Shown: in pieces, positions 1-7,206 of the stretch
Position numbering within the stretch: position 1 is the first letter of the stretch
Layout of the letters: each line of letters starts with the position of its first letter
DNA from: Bdellovibrionales bacterium
GTDB lineage: Bacteria; Bdellovibrionota; Bdellovibrionia; Bdellovibrionales; DASUEL01
NCBI GenBank assembly: GCA_050250255.1
Contig: JBFWOZ010000047.1
Location: 1 to 21,900, forward strand
Length of the DNA stretch: 21,900 bases
Reading direction: 5' to 3'
Notes under the pieces: generated by a model
Seen by the model: the letters and a program-made list of their open reading frames with translations, nothing else
What the model was told of the DNA's origin: nothing
Database searches by the model: none
Program-made: the position numbers and the translations under genes

Positions 1-890
1 ATAAGATCAAAGGGAACATCATCCAAACTACCAGCTATTAATATAACAGGATTACCATGAGAATGGGCCAAGCCTAATTCATAGAAAACATTTGGATTTT
101 TTCCAGTAAGTTCCGCAACCAACACAGAAGCTTTTTTTATTCTATCCCAAATTTGCTCCATTACAGTTCCTGTAGTGAATATACCATCTGCTCGCTCAGC
201 ATCTAGACCCGCATCTTTAATGGCTGGTGAGTAAAGTTCATTAAAGTACATGTCATGGTACTCACCGAAAGGCATTAATACAAAACAAGTATTAATATGT
301 TCACGACCACCTACCACTGAAGTAGCTGAGGTTGGTAAATCTTGAGATTCTTTCGTTTCTGCATTTGGCCCACCACCTAATGTCGTAACTCCAAAAGACT
401 GAAGATAATCTATATTTCCCAGAAAAATTTCACTGAATTTGGAAACTCGATCTTTAGTAATTTTAAATTCTTTATTTAATGTATTAGTAAAATACTCACT
501 TTCAGGAATCTTCTTGCCTCGATAATGTTCAGCAACATCTTTGAAGGTTTGTACTGATTCAAATGCATTTAAAAGAGAGTCTTGTCTTTGTTTTGGATCT
601 TTTGGAGCAACAACGCCTGCGCCAATATTTGTAAGTCTGATTTGCTTATCATTAAGTCGGCCATCTGTTAGGCCGTATTGCTCAGAAGCAATTATCAACT
701 CGCGAAGCCGCCAATCACTCTTCGACGAAAATCCAAGAGCTTTCGACAGATCTTCCGTATCTGCAGGTTTTCCTGCAAATTTGTCTTCTATAACTTGAGC
801 AACTACAACAGCATCCTCAAGAGTACGCCTTGGGAACATCCATTCTGTTCCACGAGCCGATCGCATATTTTCTTTCTTACGTTTCGCCAT
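1..890 (-). CDS. Partial gene (3' end beyond left edge), >=296 aa: uncharacterised N-terminal domain + C-terminal nucleoside 2-deoxyribosyltransferase/TIR-like domain
   Basis: Not in the ORF track. Hand translation from ATG at 890 (GGAGG SD just upstream) is open to position 1: MAKRKKENMRSARGTEWMFPRRTLEDAVVVAQVIEDKFAGKP...YGLTDG...IRLTNIG... linker ...TCFVLMPFGEYHDMYFNELYSPAIKDAGLDAERADGIFTTGTVMEQIWDRIKKASVLVAELTGKNPNVFYELGLAHSHGNPVILIAGSLDDVPFDL. The motifs CFVxMPF, RAD, NPNVFYELG and PFDL are typical of NDT-like domains. Confidence 0.85.
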   Translation of the reverse strand, partial: MAKRKKENMRSARGTEWMFPRRTLEDAVVVAQVIEDKFAGKPADTEDLSKALGFSSKSDWRLRELIIASEQYGLTDGRLNDKQIRLTNIGAGVVAPKDPKQRQDSLLNAFESVQTFKDVAEHYRGKKIPESEYFTNTLNKEFKITKDRVSKFSEIFLGNIDYLQSFGVTTLGGGPNAETKESQDLPTSATSVVGGREHINTCFVLMPFGEYHDMYFNELYSPAIKDAGLDAERADGIFTTGTVMEQIWDRIKKASVLVAELTGKNPNVFYELGLAHSHGNPVILIAGSLDDVPFDL

Positions 891-1050
891 AGGCCTCCCG
901 CTACCACATTCATTCATCGGACAATCGTAAAAAAAATAAATTATTTATGTTTAGCTTAAGAGATAGGACGAGTCTTTAGTCAGTCTCAACAGTAACTGAA
1001 GTCAAAGATCAGAATTAACATACCGCATCCTTAAATTTAAGATGCATACC

Positions 1051-1066
1051 TGGCACTCCCTTTGCT
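1051..1066 (+). promoter_or_regulatory. sigma54 (-24/-12) promoter
   Basis: TGGCAC-TCCCT-TTGCT matches the consensus TGGCAC-N5-TTGCW exactly, about 70 nt upstream of ATG 1139. Confidence 0.8.
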
Positions 1067-1138
1067 CATTTATCCCATTTGTAGCTACAACCCCCAATTT
1101 TGGGGCAAGTTAGGACTTTATCGCGGAGGGAATGCACC

Positions 1139-1516
1139 ATGAAGCTATCAAGAATTACAAAAATCATCTGTGTTTATGTGACGGCTCTTTCGATGTCACA
1201 TGTGCCAGAAGTTGTTTTTGCCGAAACTGTTACTCCATCCATTCCATAAATGATTTCGGCAACAAGTGTTGCTGAACATTTGACTCGCGTTCAAGCGCAA
1301 GAAAAGCTAGACAACTTTTTGAAACGCACGGATGTTCGCGAGCAACTCATGGCTTACGGGCTTTCTGCAGAAGAAGCTTCCAAGAGAATGGCTTCACTCT
1401 CTGAATTAGAACTCAGACAACTTGCAGGACAAGTGGAAGAGGCTCGTGCCGGTGGCGATATTCTTATTGCGGTTTTAGTGGTTGTGTTGATTATCTTTTT
1501 AATCAAACGAATCTAA
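1139..1516 (+). pseudogene. PA2779-family small exported protein interrupted by an in-frame TAA at 1247-1249 (nonsense mutation or sequencing error); remaining ORF 1250-1516
   Basis: GGAGG at 1125-1129 and ATG at 1139 give MKLSRITKIICVYVTALSMSHVPEVVFA-ETVTPSIP*, in frame with MISATSVAEHL...RMASLSELELRQLAGQVEEARAGGDILIAVLVVVLIIFLIKRI. The C-terminal AGG + hydrophobic tail and adjacency to a PA2778-like peptidase fit the family. Confidence 0.7.
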
Positions 1517-1520
1517 ACGG

Positions 1521-2486
1521 ATGAAGATCGGTTTTTTATTAATAGTCCTATTTATTTTGTCGGCTTGTGCAAGCTCGACAAAACAGGCAGATGCATTACT
1601 TGCATCACCTGGATCTTTATCTCCGACTCATGAAATTCAAAACGTTCCTTTTATAAATCAGGCGGCTGGGCAATGTGGTCCGGCTTCTTTGGCCATGGCG
1701 ATCAATTCCACCGGAAAACTCATCAACGTCGAAGAGCTTACACCACAGGTTTATACACCGAAAATGAAAGGCAGCCTTCAATCTGACATGATCAGCGCGG
1801 CTCGAAGAAATGGGTTTCTAGCAATTCCTATTGAAGGTCTTGATTCACTATTAAAAGAAGTTTCCGCCAACCACCCGGTCATTGTTTTTGAAAACCTGGC
1901 GCTGAGCTGGTTACCGCAATGGCATTATGCCGTTGTGTTTGGCTATGACCTAAAACAAGAAACGATTTTGATGCATTCAGGACCTGAAGCTTTTAAGATA
2001 TGGGATATCCGAAAATTTGAACGGTCGTGGAAGTTAGGAAATTACTGGGGACTTGTCGTCTTACCACCCGATCAACTTGCTGCGACCGCGAACGAACTTT
2101 CACACGCTACTGCCGCTGCCGGCCTACAACTCGTGGGAAAACAAAAGGAAGCCGTAACCGCTTACTCCGAAATTTTGAAGCGGTGGCCCCAAAGCCTCGT
2201 GTCTTTAATAGGAATGGGAAATTGGGCTTTTGAACGTCGCGATTACAAAAAGGCTGTCTCCTTTTTAAAAACAGCAACACGCTATCACCCACAATCCGCC
2301 GAAGCTTGGCATAACTTGGCAATCGCCGAACAAGCTGCAAAGATGAACCAATCGGCTTATAAGAGTGCACAACGCGCGCTCATGCTGGTGGCTCATGATT
2401 CTAAGTTACAATACGAAGCTTCGTTAAGTTCCATCAAACTATCCCACAATAAGCAGGTTTTGCTCGACGGCATTCATGTTATTTAG
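1521..2486 (+). CDS. PA2778-family C39-like cysteine peptidase lipoprotein with C-terminal TPR repeats
   Basis: Lipobox ILSAC; VPFINQAAGQCGPASLAM (catalytic Cys); WHYAVVFGYD (catalytic His); TPR-like C-terminus (AEAWHNLAIA). Confidence 0.85.
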   Translation: MKIGFLLIVLFILSACASSTKQADALLASPGSLSPTHEIQNVPFINQAAGQCGPASLAMAINSTGKLINVEELTPQVYTPKMKGSLQSDMISAARRNGFLAIPIEGLDSLLKEVSANHPVIVFENLALSWLPQWHYAVVFGYDLKQETILMHSGPEAFKIWDIRKFERSWKLGNYWGLVVLPPDQLAATANELSHATAAAGLQLVGKQKEAVTAYSEILKRWPQSLVSLIGMGNWAFERRDYKKAVSFLKTATRYHPQSAEAWHNLAIAEQAAKMNQSAYKSAQRALMLVAHDSKLQYEASLSSIKLSHNKQVLLDGIHVI

Positions 2487-2515
2487 CATGATTGAATTCA
2501 GATGAGGTCAAGACT

Positions 2516-3178
2516 ATGAAACTTTACGTTTTCAAATCGCTTCCGCCGTTTCTTTGGGGCTACACCCGCGACCTTCGTGCGATGTGGGCGCTGGAAGAGT
2601 GCGGACTCACGTACGAACCGATCGGACTCGACTGCGGGCCAAAGGGCCTTCAAGATGAAACCTGGTTCCAAGAGGTTTCGCCTTTCAAACAAATTCCCGC
2701 GATCGATGATGATGGCTATATTCTCACAGAGTCAGGAGCAATTCTTCTCTACCTCGCAGAGAAGTCAGGTAAATTAATTCCTTCTGACTTAAAGGGACGT
2801 GCGCAAGTTTATCGCTGGTTGATCACGGCACTCAGCAACGTGGAGCTCATAACCCTACCAATCACACTTATCGATATGCAAGGCGACTCGAATCCCAACG
2901 CCAAAGCACTACGTCCTGCACTTGTCGAAACACTCGAACGTTTCCTAGGCCCGATCGACCAAATGTTAAAAACTCAAACGTACGTGACGGGTCCCGATTT
3001 CACCGTTGCCGACATTATGCTCACGTGCGTACTACGCGAAATTCGTAAGACAGATATCTTACCCCAATATGCGAACGTCAAAAAATATTACGAGCGCTGC
3101 GAAGAGCGCCCCGCCTTCGTCAAAGTCCTCAACACCTACGAAGACCGCCTCGGCATCGCCCGCGGAAGCGCCCGGTAG
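2516..3178 (+). CDS. Glutathione S-transferase family protein
   Basis: RDLRAMWALEE, PFKQIPA, LTESGAILLYLAEK, FTVADI. ATG 2516 is preferred over TTG 2492 because GAGG lies upstream of it. Confidence 0.9.
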   Translation: MKLYVFKSLPPFLWGYTRDLRAMWALEECGLTYEPIGLDCGPKGLQDETWFQEVSPFKQIPAIDDDGYILTESGAILLYLAEKSGKLIPSDLKGRAQVYRWLITALSNVELITLPITLIDMQGDSNPNAKALRPALVETLERFLGPIDQMLKTQTYVTGPDFTVADIMLTCVLREIRKTDILPQYANVKKYYERCEERPAFVKVLNTYEDRLGIARGSAR

Positions 3179-3181
3179 CTG

Positions 3182-3742
3182 ATGAGCTCACAAATTTTTT
3201 ATCCAAGAATCAATTTTCCAGGAAAGATTCATTTAATCACGAGTGATCTAGAGTTAGCCTCTATCGCTTCCGATCTCAGCTCTGCCACTATGCTTGGCTT
3301 CGATACCGAGACGAGAGCTAGTTTTAAAGTCGGTGAGGTCTATAAAGTGGCGCTGCTGCAATTAGCGACTGAAAATAATGCCTACCTCATCAGACTTCAT
3401 GGGATCCGTCAGTTCGAGTTCATTAAAAGCATTTTCGAAAACCTTCAAATTCTTAAAGTCGGCGTTGCGATTCGCGATGACCTAAAACATCTCCAGAAAA
3501 TATTTAAGTTCACACCGAAAAATTTTATAGAACTCCAAAGCGTTGCCAAAGAAAAGGGCCTAAAAAATATGGGTCTTCGCAAAATGACCGAAGAAGTTAT
3601 GCAATCCAGCCTGTCAAAAAAAGCAAAAATATCCAATTGGGAAGTAAGAACTTTATCGCCAGAACAAATCATGTACGCCGCAACCGACGCATGGATCGGC
3701 CTTAAGCTTTATCAAAAAATAATGGTAAGCGCACCGGTCTAA
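3182..3742 (+). CDS. Stand-alone DEDDy 3'-5' exonuclease (RNase D/WRN-exo-like)
   Basis: ExoI GFDTET, LLQLAT, ExoII KVGVAIRDD, SNW, ExoIII YAATDA. Confidence 0.9.
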   Translation: MSSQIFYPRINFPGKIHLITSDLELASIASDLSSATMLGFDTETRASFKVGEVYKVALLQLATENNAYLIRLHGIRQFEFIKSIFENLQILKVGVAIRDDLKHLQKIFKFTPKNFIELQSVAKEKGLKNMGLRKMTEEVMQSSLSKKAKISNWEVRTLSPEQIMYAATDAWIGLKLYQKIMVSAPV

Positions 3743-3759
3743 GACGGGAGATTTAAGTC

Positions 3760-4380
3760 TTAAACCAAACCTTCTTCTTTCATCGCCTTTTGCACCGCCG
3801 GATGAGCTGACAATTTTTCCATGTAACCCATAATCACTGGCCACTTTGACAAATCCAATTGAAAAAATCGTGTCCAACCAAGGATCGTCACAAGATAGGC
3901 ATCTGCGATGCTAAACTGATTTCCCAGCAAAAAAGTATTTTTTGAGAGTTGCTGATTTAAAATCTCAAAGCGTGGCTCGAGTTTTTTTATAAAACCCTGC
4001 TTCAAATCTTCTTGAGTTTGACGATTCTCGTAACTCTTCAAAGCGAAAAAGGCACCAATGCCCTTGTGCATCTCCGTCGCCACAAAATTGAGCCACTCCA
4101 TAGCATGATAGCGCTCTGGGGTACCTGCCTTAGGAAATAAATTTTTCGCCGGTGCCTGATCCGCGATGTATTGCAAAACAACTTGGGCTTCGGTCAGCAC
4201 ACCAATGTCCGTTTTCATTGCAGGCACATAGCCTTTAGGATTAATTTTCAAAAATTCGGGATTACTTTGCTCGCCCTTCGCTAGGTCGACAAGATGAAGA
4301 TTGTAGGGTGTTTCCGAGGCAATCAGCGCGATATGTGCGGCCATAGCGCAAGAACCTTTACCATAATATAATTCAACCAT
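3760..4380 (-). CDS. gstA: Glutathione S-transferase, beta/GstA-like
   Basis: N-terminal GSCAMAAHIAL, INPKGYVPA, LTEAQVVLQYIADQAP, EWLNFVATEMHKG, FSIADAYL; AAGGAGG SD. Confidence 0.88.
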   Translation of the reverse strand: MVELYYGKGSCAMAAHIALIASETPYNLHLVDLAKGEQSNPEFLKINPKGYVPAMKTDIGVLTEAQVVLQYIADQAPAKNLFPKAGTPERYHAMEWLNFVATEMHKGIGAFFALKSYENRQTQEDLKQGFIKKLEPRFEILNQQLSKNTFLLGNQFSIADAYLVTILGWTRFFQLDLSKWPVIMGYMEKLSAHPAVQKAMKEEGLV

Positions 4381-4475
4381 TGTAACCTCCTTAGTCGTTC
4401 AAGGAGTTATACCCAGTTTTTTGAATTCTTGATAGCCATCTCATATGATGTGAGGCAGCGAGAGATTTTCAAGAC

Positions 4476-4510
4476 AAAAAAATGCCGTCAGGTTTTCACT
4501 CGACGGCATT
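4476..4510 (-). terminator. Rho-independent terminator of the SWIB gene
   Basis: Minus strand AATGCCGTC-(12 nt)-GACGGCATT followed by TTTTT, 15 nt past the stop at 4526. Confidence 0.85.
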
Positions 4511-4525
4511 ATAAAGTTCTTTTGA

Positions 4526-4843
4526 TTATTTTAAGTGTTTGCTGATGAGCTTAGTCATCTCAAACATATTTACAGTGCCTTTACCGAAAACAGCTTTGAG
4601 CTTGGCATCAGCATTGATGTTACGGCGATTTTTAGCATCTTGAAGGCCGTGTTTTTTGATGTAGACCCATAGTTTCTTAACAACTTCAGTACGAGCAAGT
4701 GGCTTTGGACCAAGTACTGCTTGAAGAGCTGAGCTAAGAGTTAACGGACGCATAAACGCGGCGCTAGCTTTACGCTTAGTTTTTGGTTTTGCTGATTTAG
4801 CTTTTTTTGCTACTTTCTTTTTGGTCGCTTTTTTCTTAGCCAT
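4526..4843 (-). CDS. SWIB/MDM2-domain protein with Lys/Ala-rich (histone H1-like) N-terminal tail
   Basis: FMRPLTLSSALQAVLG...RTEVVKKLWVYIKKHGLQDAKNRRNINADAKLKAVFG...MFEMTKLISKHL is a SWIB signature. N-terminus MAKKKATKKKVAKKAKSAKPKTKRK. ATG 4843 has GGAGG upstream. Confidence 0.92.
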   Translation of the reverse strand: MAKKKATKKKVAKKAKSAKPKTKRKASAAFMRPLTLSSALQAVLGPKPLARTEVVKKLWVYIKKHGLQDAKNRRNINADAKLKAVFGKGTVNMFEMTKLISKHLK

Positions 4844-4897
4844 TCTCAAATTCCTCCAATGGAACTATGGGTTATTCGTTCACCGAACCCATATCCT

Positions 4898-4913
4898 TGC
4901 AGGTAATTGGCCA
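4898..4913 (-). promoter_or_regulatory. Putative sigma54 promoter of the SWIB gene
   Basis: Minus strand TGGCCA-ATTAC-CTGCA (GG-N10-GC), 55 nt upstream of ATG 4843. Confidence 0.55.
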
Positions 4914-4961
4914 TTTGTCCTAATTCTTTTTCAATTTTGGTTTCCAGCGTCATTTGCGTTC

Positions 4962-5879
4962 TTAAATAGAATTATCGCCCACCTCTTTAAAGGCTTTAGC
5001 AAAAGATTGAATAAGAACATCACTCTGGCTCTGATGAGAACAAACAAGCCACAATCGATACTTCCAGAAACCACCTTTGGGGCCCAAGAGACGTAAAGAC
5101 TTCCCTCTCACTTCTTTATCAAGATAGAGAAGCGGAAAAAAGCCCACCCCAATGCCATCGGACACCGAGCGAATCAAAGAAGCCATCACATCACTCTCGA
5201 GAACAATACGTCCCTCAAGTTCATTCTCCTCAAAGAAACGGTCAATCTCTGAACGAAGTTTAAATTTATTAGATGGCATAATCCATTCAAAAATGTTTTC
5301 ACGCATAATCTCCTTGATAGTCGCAATTCCTCGGATATTTCTCACCTTCCATCGGCTCGGAGAAACTAAAACAACTGGCGCTTCAATACGTGAAAGATTC
5401 ATAAGATCAGGATCACTCATCGCTATTTCTGTGACGATAATGTCTAGCTCCCGAAATTTAAGACGTTCTGCCAGCTGGCTCTGTGTACCTGCAACTATGC
5501 TAATCTTGGGTCTTTCAGAGACTTTTTGATTCTTTAAAAAGTGGCTTACAACCTCCACCACAAAAGAGCGCTCTACTTCATCAGAGACTCCGATGTGAAT
5601 TCTTCGTTTCACAGAAGGTAAACGTTGCAAAATACTTTCACTCATTTGCTCAGACACCTCAAACATCTGCCGACAAAAACCATAAACCGCTGTCCCGGAT
5701 CGAGTCAGTTGATTAGCCCTTCCTACTTTTTGAAATAGCTTTACGTTTAATTGACCTTCAAGAACTTTGAGCTGACTGCTGAGAGAAGGTTGACTGATAC
5801 GAAGGTGTTTTGCCGCTTTCGACACTCCACCTGATTTTGCCGTGATATAGAAGTAATAGAGATGGTTGTAATTATACAT
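4962..5879 (-). CDS. LysR-family transcriptional regulator, NhaR-like
   Basis: N-terminal YNYNHLYYF...AAKHLRISQPSLSSQLKVLE HTH (NYNHLYYF is typical of NhaR); about 300 aa with a substrate-binding domain. Confidence 0.92.
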   Translation of the reverse strand: MYNYNHLYYFYITAKSGGVSKAAKHLRISQPSLSSQLKVLEGQLNVKLFQKVGRANQLTRSGTAVYGFCRQMFEVSEQMSESILQRLPSVKRRIHIGVSDEVERSFVVEVVSHFLKNQKVSERPKISIVAGTQSQLAERLKFRELDIIVTEIAMSDPDLMNLSRIEAPVVLVSPSRWKVRNIRGIATIKEIMRENIFEWIMPSNKFKLRSEIDRFFEENELEGRIVLESDVMASLIRSVSDGIGVGFFPLLYLDKEVRGKSLRLLGPKGGFWKYRLWLVCSHQSQSDVLIQSFAKAFKEVGDNSI

Positions 5880-5897
5880 AGTATTAAACTATGTATA
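5873..5897. promoter_or_regulatory. LysR-type operator (T-N11-A dyad) overlapping the LysR start codon
   Basis: Perfect 10-bp inverted repeat TATACATAGT-attaa-ACTATGTATA with an ATAG-N7-CTAT core. Confidence 0.6.
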
Positions 5898-5999
5898 CCA
5901 TACTTATTATATATTTTTATTATTAATTGAAAAACGTTATTCTTACCAAAGAACAAAGGCTTACTTCGTTAAGAAGCCAAACACCAAGGAGTTACGAGT

Positions 6000-6248
6000 A
6001 TGAATACCGAAAAAGCACAGCAAGAGTGGACTGACGTAAAAAGCAAAATTAAAGCCCGTTGGGATAAGTTTGTAGATACAGATGTCGAAAAATTTCGTGG
6101 CAATATGCACTTAATTGCTGCACGAGTTCAATCTGTTTATGGAGTCACCAAAGATAAAGCTGAGCAAGAATACAATGACTTTAAAAAAACTCTTGAGGCT
6201 GCAGCATCTGCCGAAGTAAAAGCCGAAGATATTAAAAAGCTTAACTGA
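6000..6248 (+). CDS. CsbD/YjbJ-like general stress protein
   Basis: W..VKSKIKARWDKFVDTDV...G....IAARVQSVYGVTKDKAEQEY resembles the YjbJ/CsbD pattern; AAGGAG SD at 5986-5991. Confidence 0.75.
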   Translation: MNTEKAQQEWTDVKSKIKARWDKFVDTDVEKFRGNMHLIAARVQSVYGVTKDKAEQEYNDFKKTLEAAASAEVKAEDIKKLN

Positions 6249-6259
6249 TACAAAACACC

Positions 6260-6287
6260 TGGGGATGGTGGAAATCCGCCCTCCCCA
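6260..6287 (+). other. GC-rich intergenic stem-loop without a U-tract
   Basis: TGGGGA-T-GGTGG-AAAT-CCGCC-C-TCCCCA between the CsbD-like stop (6248) and the next SD (GGAG 6292-6295). Confidence 0.55.
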
Positions 6288-6299
6288 AATTGGAGAATG

Positions 6300-6596
6300 A
6301 TGAAAAATATCCTACGATTTCCCAAACTCAAACCTCACCAGGATGATTACGAAACTTGCAATAATATGATGTATCGAATCGATGATCTGGCACCCTACGA
6401 TTCTCATGTGAGCGCTGTTATCAACTTACTCGCTGATGGGAGTTATCACACCGTTATTGGAATTAATGCCTTATGTGGGAAGTTCCAATCAGAGGGCAAG
6501 ACCCTTTCTCTCGTATCGTCGGTAAAGCAGGCTCACAAAACTATGCTGACCGTTCTTGCAGATTGGAAAAAAAATCGTTTTAACTATAAATCCTAA
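6300..6596 (+). CDS. Hypothetical protein, possibly a degenerate HPF/RaiA-like fold
   Basis: About 98-aa ORF (alternative start 6297) after GGAG. Helix, three strands, then a long C-terminal helix ending LADWKKNRF. The fold call is a weak inference. Confidence 0.6.
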   Translation: MKNILRFPKLKPHQDDYETCNNMMYRIDDLAPYDSHVSAVINLLADGSYHTVIGINALCGKFQSEGKTLSLVSSVKQAHKTMLTVLADWKKNRFNYKS

Positions 6597-6723
6597 TATT
6601 CATATTCCGCTTTGCATTGCCATATTTTATATGTTTCATGTGCTTTTATCCTTCAAACAATCTTCTTTAGTCTTTGTTAAATGCGCAGTAAAGCGCACCG
6701 CTTAAGATTCTAAAGTTAGTTTG

Positions 6724-6753
6724 TTGACAATCAATCTTGCCGCCAAATAAGTT
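6724..6753 (+). promoter_or_regulatory. sigma70-type promoter giving a probable leaderless mRNA
   Basis: TTGACA (6724-6729), 18 nt, TAAGTT (6748-6753), then ATG at 6759; no SD upstream. Confidence 0.5.
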
Positions 6754-6758
6754 AAGTC

Positions 6759-7136
6759 ATGAAACTAGAAGTCTCACCTTACGTTCTAGCTGTTTGCCAG
6801 CTTCCCCCACATAGCGAAATTCCTACTTGGGCGACAAAAAGCGATTTTTATTCCATTTCCAAAACAACAGATGAATTGTCTATTGTTTGCGAACAAAGCT
6901 TCGTACCCGCACACATAAAAAGTGAAAAGGATTGGCGGCTTCTAAAAGTCGTAGGTCCACTCGATTTCGGTTTAACCGGAATTCTCGCTTTTCTTCTTCA
7001 TCCCCTGGCTGAAGCAAAAATTAGCATCTTTGCTCTTTCAACCTTCGACACAGATTATCTTTTAGTAAAACAAAATGATTTTGATTCTGCTTTAAACTCT
7101 CTCACTGAAGCTGGGCATACAGTACTTACGAAGTAG
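6759..7136 (+). CDS. ACT-domain protein (CASTOR/DUF2241-like)
   Basis: SISKTTDELSIVC, WRLLKVVGPLDFGLTGILA, LAEAKISIFALSTFDTDYLLVK. Confidence 0.9.
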   Translation: MKLEVSPYVLAVCQLPPHSEIPTWATKSDFYSISKTTDELSIVCEQSFVPAHIKSEKDWRLLKVVGPLDFGLTGILAFLLHPLAEAKISIFALSTFDTDYLLVKQNDFDSALNSLTEAGHTVLTK

Positions 7137-7176
7137 GAACATCATCCAAGTAATATGCAAGACATGTACAAAACTT

Positions 7177-7192
7177 TGGCATAAAATCTGCT
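7177..7192 (+). promoter_or_regulatory. Putative sigma54 promoter
   Basis: TGGCAT-AAAAT-CTGCT (GG-N10-GC), 15 nt before ATG 7207. Confidence 0.5.
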
Positions 7193-7206
7193 TTATCAAA
7201 ATAACC

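Noticed and set aside
914..921. TCCGATGA on the minus strand as a sigma28 -10 for the NDT-like gene
   Set aside because: Two mismatches to GCCGATAA and no convincing -35 element.
541..959. Track ORFs 541..798 and 678..959 (+)
   Set aside because: They are antisense shadows of the real minus-strand gene 890..<1 and have no SD or recognisable motifs.
1247..1249. Alternative genetic code (TAA recoding)
   Set aside because: TAA terminates many intact genes in the window (e.g. 1516, 3742, 9488, 10295); this is a single isolated case.
3182..3742. Exonuclease as a defence or CRISPR-associated nuclease
   Set aside because: Ordinary stand-alone DEDDy domain; no cas genes or repeat-spacer array in the window.
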